Assembly: GCA_963772365.1 (NCBI GenBank)
Contig: CAVYXA010000001.1
Coordinates: forward strand, 640,001 to 704,000
DNA from: an uncultured Verrucomicrobiae bacterium
GTDB lineage: Bacteria; Verrucomicrobiota; Verrucomicrobiia; Chthoniobacterales; UBA10450
Reading direction: 5' to 3'
DNA: 64,000 bases
This document shows positions 1 to 10,406 of this stretch, in pieces; position 1 is the first letter of the stretch; each line of letters starts with the position of its first letter. The notes under the pieces are model-generated. The model had not been told where the DNA came from. It ran no database searches and saw only the letters and a program-made list of their open reading frames with translations. The position numbers and the translations under genes were made by a program.

Positions 1-909
1 GCTCAAAAGCTTATCGAAGCCGCGTAACAATGCGCCGCCGCCTGCCAGAACCAAGCCGCGATCGACCAGATCCGCAGAAAGCTCAGGCGGACAACGCTCG
101 AGTGTGATGCGTACGGAATCCACGATGGTCGAGATCGGTTCGAGCAGCGCTTCACGCACCTCCTGAGAAGTGATCATTAAGGTCTTTGGTAATCCCGCCA
201 CCAAATCGCGCCCTTTTACTTCTACACTCGTTTCCTTTTCACTCGGATAGGCGCTGCCAATCTTGATCTTAATCTCCTCGGCCGTGCGCTCGCCGACCAT
301 TAAATTGTAGGCGCGCTTCATGTACTGCACGATCGCTTCGTCCAATTCGTCACCGGCCACCCGAACACTTCGGCTAAACACGATCCCGGAGAGCGAGATC
401 AAAGCTACTTCTGTCGTGCCACCACCGATGTCGATGATCATGTTGCCAGCCGGGTCTTGCACCGGAAGACCAACACCAATCGCAGCAGCCATTGGCTCTT
501 CGATCAAATAAACTTCCCGCGCACCAGCGTGAGTCGCGGATTCTCGCACTGCGCGCTTCTCAACTTCTGTAATGCCGGAAGGCACTGCGATCACCACCCG
601 CGGGCGCGCACGCACCCGACGATTGTGAACTTTGGAAATGAAATGCCGGAGCATCGCTTCGGTAACCTCGAAGTCTGCAATCACGCCATCCTTCAATGGA
701 CGCACCGCGACGATATTGGATGGCGTCCGGCCAAGCATCCGCTTCGCTTCATCGCCGACTGCCAGCACCTTGTTTGTGCCGGCTTGCACGGCCACAACTG
801 AGGGCTCGCGCAAGACAATCCCTTGGTCTTTGACATAGACGAGCGTGTTCGCCGTGCCGAGGTCGATGCCGATGTCGCTGGATAACCAGCCAAAAACTCC
901 GTTAAACAT
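1..909 (-). CDS. mreB: Rod shape-determining protein MreB (3' end outside window)
   Basis: Manual translation from the ATG at 909 gives [37 protein letters not shown], later [10 protein letters not shown] and GRDLVAGLP. It runs off the window start, so it is absent from the ORF track. Confidence 0.97.
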   Translation of the reverse strand, partial: MFNGVFGWLSSDIGIDLGTANTLVYVKDQGIVLREPSVVAVQAGTNKVLAVGDEAKRMLGRTPSNIVAVRPLKDGVIADFEVTEAMLRHFISKVHNRRVRARPRVVIAVPSGITEVEKRAVRESATHAGAREVYLIEEPMAAAIGVGLPVQDPAGNMIIDIGGGTTEVALISLSGIVFSRSVRVAGDELDEAIVQYMKRAYNLMVGERTAEEIKIKIGSAYPSEKETSVEVKGRDLVAGLPKTLMITSQEVREALLEPISTIVDSVRITLERCPPELSADLVDRGLVLAGGGALLRGFDKLLS

Positions 910-1253
910 GAATCAAAATTTGCTTTCCTAGCCGCTCGGAAACGCTGTTGTTAAGCAAACTGTGCGCCCTCGCCGCGCGATTTCTAATCGGCTGAAATGC
1001 CGCCGTAATGTGAAACAGTGCGTCGCCTCGTCAAGCGCATTTATGTGGACGCCAAACCGTTAAAATTTTCGAGAGTCGTTTGCCTCGAATGGGCGATGCT
1101 CCTCGCCATTGCATCCTGCCGGCAAATAGAAAGAATTAAAGGGGGTCCCCCCCAAAAAAAACTTTCTAAACTTTCTTTAAAATAGGCTTGACTTCGTTGC
1201 GCGAAATTCATACAAGCGACACTAATTCAAGAACTCAAACCAGTCTTAATTAT

Positions 1254-1987
1254 ATGAAAACAAATTCCTCACGTTATCTGCCCGTTGTAATAGCGGCCGT
1301 TTTTTGTGTCAGCGTCACGGCCGCTCGAGCCATGGACACTTGGGATCCGTATCACGCAACCGGTGCCGCACAGTACGGCGGATCACCGCATGCCATAAAC
1401 GCAACCTACATGATTGACGATGGCACCGCAGAGGACAGCATTGGTCTGACTGCCGGTGGGACCTTTACGGCGGCGAACTTGTTTGCAGTTACCGGCGGCA
1501 ACAATATCATCACCTCCATCGAGATCGCCTGGGTATCCCCGCGTTTCCCGATCCCAGTTTGGAGAACCTCCCGTTCACTGCGAGTTTGTGGAGCGATCCA
1601 AATGGCGATGGCAACCCTGCCGATGCAGTTTTATTGCAGGCAACGGTTGGTAACATTATGAACCAAGGAACAAACATGTTCCAGACCTTGCTAATTACTC
1701 CCACGATGGTGACGACGGCGAATTTCTTTGTCGGCTTCACTATTACTCACTCTGCTGGTCAGTTCCCGGCTGCGTTCGACGAAGACGCTCCTACGTTTTC
1801 CAATACCTCCTGGATTAACATTGGCCCTGACATAGGTGGCGGCGGCGCTTTCCCGATTGAACAGGCCGGTCTCGTTGGCAACTGGCTCATCCGTGCCAAT
1901 GCCGTGCCGGAGCCGTCAACCTGGGCGATGCTGGGTTTTGGAGGATCCATGCTGGGAGCATTCCTGCGCTTCCGTCGTCGCAGCTAA
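1254..1987 (+). CDS. Secreted PEP-CTERM protein, split by a 1-nt frameshift at ~1531-1533
   Basis: Signal peptide in ORF 1188..1661; C-terminal VPEPSTWAML-hydrophobic-RFRRRS in ORF 1559..1987. Adding one G to the GGG run joins them (IAWGIPAFPDPSLENL). Confidence 0.85.
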
Positions 1988-2010
1988 ATCAGCGACAGTT
2001 TAAACTTTGC

Positions 2011-2047
2011 AACCGCCTCTCCGTCATCGGAGAGGCGGTTTTGTTTT
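2011..2047 (+). terminator. Intrinsic terminator
   Basis: AACCGCCTCTCCG-tcat-CGGAGAGGCGGTT hairpin followed by TTGTTTT, just after the PEP-CTERM stop. Confidence 0.85.
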
Positions 2048-2101
2048 GTCTCGGAAGCGGCTTTCGACTTGCGCGCAATCGAGGCTGTTGAACCTTTGAC
2101 G

Positions 2102-2758
2102 ATGGCAGGAATTGTGATCGCTCCTTCAATTCTGGCCGCGGACTTCTCACAATTGGCTAATGAGATCCACAAAGTCGAAACCGCAGGCGCCGACTGGATC
2201 CACTGCGATATCATGGACGGACATTTCGTGGACAATATTTCTTTCGGACCGGCAATTGTTCGTTTCGTCCGTAAACATACTAAACTGCCGCTTGATGTGC
2301 ACCTGATGATCGAGCATCCGGATCATTATGTGCCACGGTTTGTCGAGGCGGGCGCGAATTCGATCACGGTCCATGTCGAACCCGAAGCCAAACACGATGT
2401 CGCAAAAACGTTGCAGCAAATTCGGGATGCCGGTTGCCGCGTCGGGTTAACCTTGAACCCGGCGACTGCGTTTGATTTGGCAGAACCGTTCCTCGATAGG
2501 ATTGACATGCTGTTGGTGATGACCGTGCATCCCGGCTTTGGCGGGCAGTCCTTCCGAGCCGATCAAATGGAGAAAGTCAAACGGGCCGCTGCCTGGAATC
2601 GGTCGCGTGAAAACAAGATCGACATCGAGGTGGACGGCGGGATCAATGCCGACACCGCGCGGGTGGCGATCGAAAACGGAGCTAATGTGCTCGTCGCGGG
2701 AACCTCAATCTTTCACGCGACCGATTACGCGAAAGCAATTCGAGAACTGCGCGGCTGA
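2102..2758 (+). CDS. rpe: Ribulose-phosphate 3-epimerase
   Basis: IAPSILAADF, HCDIMDGHFVDN, DVHLMI, MTVHPGFGGQ and IEVDGGIN motifs. Confidence 0.96.
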   Translation: MAGIVIAPSILAADFSQLANEIHKVETAGADWIHCDIMDGHFVDNISFGPAIVRFVRKHTKLPLDVHLMIEHPDHYVPRFVEAGANSITVHVEPEAKHDVAKTLQQIRDAGCRVGLTLNPATAFDLAEPFLDRIDMLLVMTVHPGFGGQSFRADQMEKVKRAAAWNRSRENKIDIEVDGGINADTARVAIENGANVLVAGTSIFHATDYAKAIRELRG

Positions 2759-2775
2759 CCGACACAAGGAAAGTT

Positions 2776-4512
2776 TTAGCTCATGACGGGCTGGGCTTCT
2801 GCCGTCGTCTCTGCCATCACTTCGTCGGTTTGAGTAACTCGGACTACTTCTTCGATTGTCGTTTTTCCCTGCGCGACACGACGCCAGCCGTCCTGGCGCA
2901 AAGTTTCCATGCCCTCAGCGATAGCGCATTGCTTCAACTCGCTTCCGTCGGATTTGCGCATGATCAATTTCCGCAACGGCTCCGTCACCACACAAATTTC
3001 GTAAATGGCGGCCCGCCCTTGATATCCCGTCTGCCGGCAATAATCGCAACCCACTCCGCGCCGGAATTGAGTTCCGAGCTCGTGAGGGAATCCAATCTCC
3101 AGCAGATAATCGTGCGGATACTCGAACCATTGAACGCACTCCGGACAAATCGTGCGGACAAGTCGCTGAGCAATGAATGCTTTCACGACGGAGGCGAGCA
3201 GGAACGGCTCCACATCCATATCGAGCAACCGAGTGATTCCGCCGACGGCGTCATTTGTGTGGAGTGTGCTGAACACAAGGTGACCGGTCATGGCCGCGCG
3301 AATCGCGATATCAGCCGTTTCGACGTCTCTGATTTCCCCCACCATCACGACGTTTGGATCCTGCCGTAGAATATGGCGAAGGCCCTTGGCGAAGGTGAGA
3401 TCAATCTCCGGCTTCACGTCGATCTGGGAAACACCTGGTAAACGATATTCCACCGGTTCTTCGATCGTGATGATTCGTCGTTGGACTGAATTGATACTGC
3501 TGAGAAAACAATAAAGGGAGGTAGACTTCCCGCATCCGGTGGGCCCGGTAACAAGTATGATTCCATTTGGCTGAGCCAGCAGATGCCGAATGGTGTCTTC
3601 CTGTTTTGCGCTCAGGTCGAGTCGCTCAAAATTAAATTGCTGATCGCCCCGGCTGAGCAACCGCAAGCTGATCGATTCGCCATTGACCGTCGGAATGGTC
3701 GAAACACGGACGTCAATCTCCTGATTGTTTGCGTGCAGATTCATTCGTCCGTCTTGCGGAAGGCGGCGTTCGGCGATATCCATGTGCGACATCACCTTGA
3801 GACGCGAAATAATGGCCGATTGCAGCACTCGCAATTGTGGCGGGACTGCGACTTCGTGCAGAATTCCATCGATTCGATAACGAATTCGCAAATCGCTTTC
3901 CAACGGCTCGACGTGAATATCGGTGGCCCGCTCGAGGATGGCCTCGCGAATGATCTGGTTTACAAATTTGACGACCGAAGCCTCAGGATCGTCCTCGTTC
4001 AACTCGATGGCAGCTTCTCCTTCCTGAAGGACTTCAAAGGAGCGATTGGTCTTGAGAATCTCATCGAATGTTTCCGCACCGATACCGTACAGCGCCTTCA
4101 TCGCTCGCAGAAGTTGCGTGCGCGGCACAAGCACCCATTCGGCCGGCTTCTTCAACAGCTGCGAGGCAAGCTGTCGCCCGATGGAATTGAAGAGGTCATA
4201 CGTGGCCAGGACGACCGAGTTTTCCTTCGCCTCGATCGGCAGGATGTGGTGTTGAAAAACGAAACGGCTCGGCAGGATCGACAATGTTTCGCGGTTAATG
4301 TTCTTCGGATCAAGATTAACGACCGGCACCCGAAAGTGCTCACCAATCACGCTCAGGAAGCGGTGCTCATCCACTTTTCCGGAATCGAGCACCTGCCCCG
4401 TCCACGAACCGCCATTGAGACCCGAGACGAGCTCCATCGCTTCCTCGCGCGAAGGCACACCACTCGCGAGAAGCAAATCGATCACAGACTGACTAACCGG
4501 GTTGTTCATCAC
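2776..4512 (-). CDS. gspE: Type II/IV secretion assembly ATPase GspE/PilB
   Basis: Walker A GPTGCGKST, TIEEPVEY, LRQDPNVVMVGEIRD, TGHLVFSTLHTN and a tetracysteine motif. Confidence 0.93.
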   Translation of the reverse strand: MMNNPVSQSVIDLLLASGVPSREEAMELVSGLNGGSWTGQVLDSGKVDEHRFLSVIGEHFRVPVVNLDPKNINRETLSILPSRFVFQHHILPIEAKENSVVLATYDLFNSIGRQLASQLLKKPAEWVLVPRTQLLRAMKALYGIGAETFDEILKTNRSFEVLQEGEAAIELNEDDPEASVVKFVNQIIREAILERATDIHVEPLESDLRIRYRIDGILHEVAVPPQLRVLQSAIISRLKVMSHMDIAERRLPQDGRMNLHANNQEIDVRVSTIPTVNGESISLRLLSRGDQQFNFERLDLSAKQEDTIRHLLAQPNGIILVTGPTGCGKSTSLYCFLSSINSVQRRIITIEEPVEYRLPGVSQIDVKPEIDLTFAKGLRHILRQDPNVVMVGEIRDVETADIAIRAAMTGHLVFSTLHTNDAVGGITRLLDMDVEPFLLASVVKAFIAQRLVRTICPECVQWFEYPHDYLLEIGFPHELGTQFRRGVGCDYCRQTGYQGRAAIYEICVVTEPLRKLIMRKSDGSELKQCAIAEGMETLRQDGWRRVAQGKTTIEEVVRVTQTDEVMAETTAEAQPVMS

Positions 4513-4537
4513 TGAGGGGTTGTGTACGTATCAAGAA

Positions 4538-4945
4538 CTACGGCAAGTGCAACGCTCGCCGAACGGGGATCGTGAGTGTGCCTGTCACCCGAAAGGAATA
4601 ATTCTTCTGCAACCGGGCAATCGCGTCGCTCACTTCCATCGAATAGATGCCATCGATCGGCCCACAGTAGTAACCAAGACGACTTAGGTCGCGCTGCAAC
4701 GCGCCAACATATGCAGGCTGCGACATCAGACCCCGCCTGCCCTGCAACCAATACAGCGGTCGCCAGCAATACCGCGGCGCCAAATCCGTTTCGTTTACGT
4801 CCTTGTTTTGGTGCAGCAATCCGGATTCATCGCGAGGGGCCAGTGGATCAGTCCCATGGAAGAACGGATTATCGAAAAGGTCTCCTACCTGAGCACCAGC
4901 GGTTCCCATACCGACCATCAGAACTATCAAGATCAACGTCTTCAT
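4538..4945 (-). CDS. Secreted peptidoglycan-binding (PG_binding_1) protein
   Basis: Signal peptide; C-terminal LQRDLSRLGYYCGPIDGIY...AIARLQ...VTG pattern. Confidence 0.8.
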   Translation of the reverse strand: MKTLILIVLMVGMGTAGAQVGDLFDNPFFHGTDPLAPRDESGLLHQNKDVNETDLAPRYCWRPLYWLQGRRGLMSQPAYVGALQRDLSRLGYYCGPIDGIYSMEVSDAIARLQKNYSFRVTGTLTIPVRRALHLP

Positions 4946-4947
4946 AC

Positions 4948-7383
4948 CTACTTGCCTTTTATCACATCGTTTACCGTAGGCAGATCGGGTGGCGGCAGCT
5001 GCTCAATCTGCTTCTCTTCGCCCTCGCGTGGCGGACAATCAGGACATTCCCCTTGATCAATCTCGGGGCCAAAATGCGTTTTGCTCTCGGCCTTTTCGCG
5101 CAGCCGATGAAGATCCAACTTGGTAAGGGTGACTTCGGGACACATCAGAATGAGCAACTCTCTGCGCATTTTCGTAACACTGGTACTTCGAAAAGCAGCC
5201 CCGAGATATGGAATCTTGTCAAGAAGCGGGATGCCAGTGATGTTCTTTTGCTTTTGTTCGCTGATTAAACCGCCGAGCACAATCGTAGAACCGCTGACCG
5301 CAGTGACATTGGAGCGAATATAACGCGTTGCAATTGTCGGAATCGAATTCCCATCGATAATCTGGGAACCCTCGAGGCTGTCGATCTTTTGCAGAATATC
5401 CAGCGACACCTCCTTTTCAGAATTGATCAATGGCACGACTTCGAGCTGCAGAGCGACCTTTTTGTATTCAATATTGGAAGCGACGGCCGCCGTCCCGGTC
5501 GCTACGGTTCCACTAACCAAGTTGGTCAACGACGAAACCGGAACCGGAATTTCTTCACCAGAAGCGATGATTGCCTTCTTGTTGTTGCTGGTGAAAACCG
5601 TAGGCCGCGAGATCGTGTGGAAGCGCCCCGTTGATTCGAGGGCGTGGATAATCTCGGAGAGATAGTTTCCAGCGGCTACGTAAACGTTCGTTCCGCCGCC
5701 TACAGCTTGAATAATTTGACTGAAATTAACCAAGTTCGCAGGATCAATCACGCCGCCGCCGGTGACAGGCGATCCCGAGGCATCCGCAGTCGCGGCCGGG
5801 AGAGGAATGCCGACCTGCGCGTTGGAGTTATTACGAGAGGTCGCAACGAGTTTGCCCTTATATTTGGCAAAATAATCGACGCCTAGCTGTTCATCGTTGG
5901 TGAGAGTGAGTTCCCCGATAACGGTACTCAGTGCCACCTGAGGCGCCTTCACGTCCATCTCATCGAGGATCTTTTCGACCTTAACCACGACCTCCCGATT
6001 ACCCAACACAATGATCGAATTGGAGCGTTGATCAGCGATGATTTTTGCATTGCCAATTGTGACTGCCTGAGGAGTTGTATCGACCGGTTGGGTGGAAAGC
6101 TCTTCTGAAATATTGATGGCTCCTTCGCCACCCGCCGTACCGGCATTAGAATTGGCATAAGGATTGTTCGTATTCGTTAAATTGCGACCTTGTTGTTGTT
6201 GCTGCTGCTGCCGCTGTTGATTGCCTGCTCCCGGCGTCCCATTTGCTCCAGCCCCTTCCTCGCCCGGCTCGGTTAACGCCTGCACAAGGACTGGAAGAAC
6301 ATCCCCCGCGGAAACGTATTTTAAAGGACGCGTGACTGGCTTGGCGAACTCGACGTTGGCGTCAAATTCCTGCACCAACTTGCGAATGAACGGCATGTTG
6401 ATCGGGCGCGTGACAACGTGGATTCGATTTGTTCGCACATCCGCCGTCAGCTTGATCTTGCCCACGATGACCGATTCCTCCGTCAACGCCGTCAAGCCGG
6501 CCAGATCTTCCTCCACCGGCTGCGGCGGACCCGGTGGCTGAATTCGAACACCACGCACACCTCCACCCTGCGGACCGGTCGTGTTGGGGTTCCTCTCAAA
6601 GACCTCCTTCAGAAGATCGACAACTTTGCTGGCATCGGCCCGTTCGAGTTTGATGAACTCGCTTACCACTTCGGCAGGCGGAATATCCACCTGATCGATG
6701 ATCGTCACCAGTTTGCGAATAACCGCCGTGCTTTCGGTGACTAGAAGACTTCCTGATTTCGGCAGCGCCAAAAACGATGTGTATGGCTGCGGCGGCGAAA
6801 GATACTGACTAAGCACCTGCTGCAATTCAGTTGGATCCGCATACCGAAGCTTAAACAAAAAGCTGACGACTTCTTCGGCTGCAGGAATATCGGCTTCCTC
6901 AGAAATGACTGGAATACCGGCCGTGCGTGGATTTTTTCCGGTGCCGATCACCTTCACGATGTCGCCTTCCGCCGGAACGAGGGAAAACCCGTTCATCAGC
7001 AAATTCATCTGGATGATCTTGATCGCTTCCTCAGGCGGGACGGCTTTATTGATGACTATGTTCACTTTGCCCTGAACAAAGTTGTCCATGACTATCTTCT
7101 TGCCTGTCAGTTGTTCGTAGAGGCGAAGGACATCAACGACATCGCTGTTGGGATATTGGAGTCGAACAGGAGTGGCCGCGCCGGCAGGAGACGGCATGGT
7201 CCGCAAGGATTGCCGAGGAGTCGCAGCTGCTACAGCGCCTGCAGTTGAAGCCGGATCAGGAGCGACATCGGTTTCCTGAACGGCGTCGGTCTCGTCGGGA
7301 ACCGGCGGATTGGCCTCCTCCTGGGCGGAAGCCAATGAAATGATGGCGAGGAACACGCCAATTACGTGGAAAACTTTCAGCAC
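4948..7383 (-). CDS. gspD: Type II secretion secretin GspD
   Basis: N-domain repeats (LRYADP, ADVRTNRI, ADQRSNSIIV) and C-terminal secretin motifs (IVLGGLI, GIPLLDKIPYLGAAF, RELLILMCP). Confidence 0.92.
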   Translation of the reverse strand: MLKVFHVIGVFLAIISLASAQEEANPPVPDETDAVQETDVAPDPASTAGAVAAATPRQSLRTMPSPAGAATPVRLQYPNSDVVDVLRLYEQLTGKKIVMDNFVQGKVNIVINKAVPPEEAIKIIQMNLLMNGFSLVPAEGDIVKVIGTGKNPRTAGIPVISEEADIPAAEEVVSFLFKLRYADPTELQQVLSQYLSPPQPYTSFLALPKSGSLLVTESTAVIRKLVTIIDQVDIPPAEVVSEFIKLERADASKVVDLLKEVFERNPNTTGPQGGGVRGVRIQPPGPPQPVEEDLAGLTALTEESVIVGKIKLTADVRTNRIHVVTRPINMPFIRKLVQEFDANVEFAKPVTRPLKYVSAGDVLPVLVQALTEPGEEGAGANGTPGAGNQQRQQQQQQQGRNLTNTNNPYANSNAGTAGGEGAINISEELSTQPVDTTPQAVTIGNAKIIADQRSNSIIVLGNREVVVKVEKILDEMDVKAPQVALSTVIGELTLTNDEQLGVDYFAKYKGKLVATSRNNSNAQVGIPLPAATADASGSPVTGGGVIDPANLVNFSQIIQAVGGGTNVYVAAGNYLSEIIHALESTGRFHTISRPTVFTSNNKKAIIASGEEIPVPVSSLTNLVSGTVATGTAAVASNIEYKKVALQLEVVPLINSEKEVSLDILQKIDSLEGSQIIDGNSIPTIATRYIRSNVTAVSGSTIVLGGLISEQKQKNITGIPLLDKIPYLGAAFRSTSVTKMRRELLILMCPEVTLTKLDLHRLREKAESKTHFGPEIDQGECPDCPPREGEEKQIEQLPPPDLPTVNDVIKGK

Positions 7384-7493
7384 GGTCGTATTTACTTGTT
7401 CACAATACCACGGTCAACCGGGTTCGCCCAGATAAAGAAGGAGGCCCGAGTATTTCTGGACAACCCAGGGACCAAACCGTTAGAGAATTGTTC

Positions 7494-7943
7494 ATGTTTC
7501 GAAACTTTTCGTGCGTTCTTATCGTGGCGATTCTTCTGGGAGCAGCAACCATTCCCCCCAGCACCTACGCCGAGTCCACCGGGGAGATTCGTGCCGTGAT
7601 GCAAGCGCAGCAGGATGCCTGGAATCGCGGAGACATCGCGGCGTTTATGAATGGATACTGGCGCTCGGATCAAACCGTTTTCGTTTCAGGCGATGAAATC
7701 ACCCGGGGCTGGCAAACTGTTTTCGATCGCTACAAAGCAAAGTATTCCGATCGCGAAAAAATGGGCAGGCTTACGTTCTCCGATCTCCAAATCAATGAGC
7801 TTTGTTCGGATTCCGCTGTCGTCCTTGGCCGCTGGGGATTAAAACGAGCGAATGATGAGCCTCACGGAACTTTCACGCTCATCTTTCGCAAAACAGCCGA
7901 TGGCTGGCGAATCGTGCAGGATCACACCTCAGCGGCGAAATAA
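7494..7943 (+). CDS. Secreted NTF2/SnoaL-like (DUF4440) protein
   Basis: Signal peptide; QQDAWNRGDIAAFMNGYW...GTFTLIFRKTADGWRIVQDHTS. Confidence 0.85.
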   Translation: MFRNFSCVLIVAILLGAATIPPSTYAESTGEIRAVMQAQQDAWNRGDIAAFMNGYWRSDQTVFVSGDEITRGWQTVFDRYKAKYSDREKMGRLTFSDLQINELCSDSAVVLGRWGLKRANDEPHGTFTLIFRKTADGWRIVQDHTSAAK

Positions 7944-7946
7944 CAC

Positions 7947-8041
7947 TGTCCATTCCGAGCGAAGTCGAGGAATCCCGCGGCGTTTACGGTCAGGCTGTGC
8001 TGCAGAATCCTTCGGCTTCGCGCGCTCCGCTTAGGACGACA
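7947..8041. repeat. Small palindromic intergenic element (TGTCATTCCGAGC...GCTCAGGATGACA type)
   Basis: TGTCCATTCCGAGCGAAGTCGAGGAATCCC and GAATCCTTCGGCTTCG..CCGCTTAGGACGACA form imperfect inverted arms between convergent genes. Confidence 0.65.
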
Positions 8042-9428
8042 ACCTTGCCAAGAGTTTCTCGTGAATGTTATCGAAACCGCCGTTGCTGAACACGACTACC
8101 ACATCGTTCGCCTTCAACATTGGAACGATTCGATCGGCAATCGCGTCGGCGTTTGCCTCGTAAAATGCCGGCCGTCCTGACTTCGCAATAGCATCGACAA
8201 CTGCTTCCGGATTCAATCGTGCGTTTTCCGGCAGTTGATCAAGTCTGGCTACCGCTGAAATAAAAACGCCGTCCGCGAATTGGAATGCCTCCGGCAACTG
8301 CTGCTGAAAAACTGCGCGCCGGGTCGTATTCGAGCGCGGCTCAAAAATGGCCCAAATTCGGTGTCCGGAATAACGATGACGCAACGCTTCGAGCGTCTGC
8401 GAAATCGCGGTGGGATGATGTCCGAAATCGTCAATCACTTTCACGCCTCTGGCTTCTCCCCGCACTTCCTGCCGGCGCGCTATACCGGAGAAGCTCTTCA
8501 GCGCGCTGTCGATCTTTGCCTTCGGCACATCGTAAAAACGGGCGGCGGTTACGGCCATCGCGGCATTGCGAACGTTGAACTCGCCCACGAGAGGTATTTC
8601 GAAAATGTCTTCTCCCAGCTTGAACCGTGAGCCACTCGATGAATACGCCACGTCGCGGATCCGCTCGGCGCAATTTTTTGAAAACCCGATCTCGATGATC
8701 TGGGCCCGGCATTCCCTGGCTACTTCGATACAATTGGGGTCGTCGCCGTTGAATAAGACCATCCCGTTTGCCGGAACGATCCGCAGCAAATGCCGAAAAC
8801 TGGTTTTAACCTGCTCGATATTGTCGAAAATATCAGCGTGATCGAATTCAATGTTGTTCACGATCACAAGCTCGGGCAGGTAATGAATAAACTTCGATCT
8901 CTTATCGAAGAACGCCGTGTCGTATTCGTCACCTTCGATCACGAAATATTTCGATTCATTGAGTCGCGCGCCTTCGCCGAAATTTCTCGGGATTCCCCCA
9001 ATCAGAAAACTTGGCTTCTGCCCGGCTTTCTCCATGATCCAAGCTAGTAGCGATGTCGTGGTCGTTTTCCCGTGCGTGCCGGTCACGACGAGATTGTGCT
9101 GGCCGCGCAGGAAATAATTTCTGAGAAGTTCAGGCAAGGAAACGTAAAAGAGCTTGCGATTCAGGACAGCTTCCACTTCGGGATTGCCACGCTTCATCGC
9201 ATTGCCGATCACCACAACATCGACATCGTCCGGGATATTTTGGGCACGGTAACCTTCTTTAATTGCGATCCCTGTTTCCGCGAGGAAGATCGACATCGGC
9301 GGATAAACGCTTTCGTCTGAACCGGTCACGGCAAAGCCGCGCTCGCGCAGTGCCGCTGCCACTGAACCCATGGCGGTCCCGCAAATCCCGAGAAAATGAA
9401 AGTGCTTCGGCGGCTTTTGCACCGCCAT
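8031..9428 (-). CDS. mpl: Murein peptide ligase Mpl
   Basis: GICGTAMG, GTHGKTTT, EGDEYDTAFFDKRSKF, DDFGHHPTAI and FEPRSNT motifs. Confidence 0.92.
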   Translation of the reverse strand: MAVQKPPKHFHFLGICGTAMGSVAAALRERGFAVTGSDESVYPPMSIFLAETGIAIKEGYRAQNIPDDVDVVVIGNAMKRGNPEVEAVLNRKLFYVSLPELLRNYFLRGQHNLVVTGTHGKTTTTSLLAWIMEKAGQKPSFLIGGIPRNFGEGARLNESKYFVIEGDEYDTAFFDKRSKFIHYLPELVIVNNIEFDHADIFDNIEQVKTSFRHLLRIVPANGMVLFNGDDPNCIEVARECRAQIIEIGFSKNCAERIRDVAYSSSGSRFKLGEDIFEIPLVGEFNVRNAAMAVTAARFYDVPKAKIDSALKSFSGIARRQEVRGEARGVKVIDDFGHHPTAISQTLEALRHRYSGHRIWAIFEPRSNTTRRAVFQQQLPEAFQFADGVFISAVARLDQLPENARLNPEAVVDAIAKSGRPAFYEANADAIADRIVPMLKANDVVVVFSNGGFDNIHEKLLARLSS

Positions 9429-9464
9429 CTCTAAGCTGCGGTAAGACATTTGGCTACCCGCGCT

Positions 9465-9929
9465 TTATCGCCCGATCAATCGCGGATCGAAGCAAAAGTC
9501 GACAGCGGGATGAATTTTGATGCGTTTGAAGTCAGGATGCGCCGGGTTCAAGAGAAAATTCCGCTCCACCGGCACGATTGCGCTCGGCACGGCAAGGACT
9601 ACCGAGCGGTTTTCCCGTGCCCATTTGTCCCCGATTTCCATTGTCGATGCGGAAGGATGCGGCATTTTCCAATCCGCCGGCAACTTTTTCGCAGGATAAG
9701 TCTCAATAAGCGAATCGGGCCATTCTAGCCGAAAAGCTGTGAACGGTTCGTCCGGTGAGAACGGATTGTTGTGAATAAACACTTCCAATGCAACGGTGGA
9801 TTGATACTCGCTGGCATAGATGATACGGACGCCGCGCGAATTCCATCGGCCGCCGTAACGCCCTGAGCCTTCGCCAGAAAACGCGCCTGCCGCTTCACTG
9901 GCCAGAACGATTCGCCAAGCCGACGCCAT
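9465..9929 (-). CDS. RES-domain toxin (NAD+ phosphorylase family)
   Basis: AFSGEGSGRYGGRWNSRG..IIYAS...ALE and VPSAIVPVERNFLLNPAHPDF; ATG at 9929. Confidence 0.9.
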   Translation of the reverse strand: MASAWRIVLASEAAGAFSGEGSGRYGGRWNSRGVRIIYASEYQSTVALEVFIHNNPFSPDEPFTAFRLEWPDSLIETYPAKKLPADWKMPHPSASTMEIGDKWARENRSVVLAVPSAIVPVERNFLLNPAHPDFKRIKIHPAVDFCFDPRLIGR

Positions 9930-9940
9930 TCGCCCCCATG

Positions 9941-10360
9941 TTATGAATAAACGCCGTACTGCATCCGACCCAAGAGATACTCCACTTCCCGAGCGCCGCT
10001 CTCCGTCCGCGCATAATCCAATGGGATGGCCCCGCCCAAACCCCATTGCGGAAACTTCATCCAAGCCCGCGCCTTTTCTGTGGATCCAAAGTATTTTAAC
10101 GCCTGCTCGAACAATCTCGCATATCGCACCACTCTGTCGGACTCATCTCGCGGTAAACGCCCGGCCACTTTGCGCCGGTACAGCGTGGGGCGCGAGATCG
10201 ACAGTTTGTCCGCGAGTTGTTCCAGCGGCAGATCGAGTTTCTTCTGTAAATCCTCCAGCTCTCGGAACGGCAGGCCTTTCTCAATTCGTCGGATCAATTC
10301 GTGCGGATGCTTGGGCTGCGCCGACCGACTCAATTTCCTTTCGACTGTCGCGGCTTTCAT
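9941..10360 (-). CDS. Xre/MbcA/ParS antitoxin (HTH + DUF2384)
   Basis: GLP...ISRPTLYRR...ESDRVVR...ARAWM..P..GLGG..PLD....GAREV..LLGR..YG, directly upstream of the RES toxin. Confidence 0.9.
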   Translation of the reverse strand: MKAATVERKLSRSAQPKHPHELIRRIEKGLPFRELEDLQKKLDLPLEQLADKLSISRPTLYRRKVAGRLPRDESDRVVRYARLFEQALKYFGSTEKARAWMKFPQWGLGGAIPLDYARTESGAREVEYLLGRMQYGVYS

Positions 10361-10395
10361 TTGATACACTTTACGATATCAAATGTGACAGTCAA
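10358..10395 (-). promoter_or_regulatory. Putative sigma70 promoter with overlapping inverted-repeat operator for the Xre-RES operon
   Basis: Minus strand reads TTGACT-16nt-TAAAGT-7nt-ATG; perfect inverted repeat CATTTGATA (10358-10366) / TATCAAATG (10377-10385). Confidence 0.7.
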
Positions 10396-10406
10396 CACCA
10401 CACACT

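Noticed and set aside
1188..1216. TTGACT-17nt-TACAAG as a promoter for the PEP-CTERM gene
   Set aside because: The -10 lacks the conserved final T; too weak to call.
6190..6219. CAG/CAA-type repeat encoding poly-Gln in gspD
   Set aside because: In-frame low-complexity linker, common in secretin N3 loops; not a distinct element.
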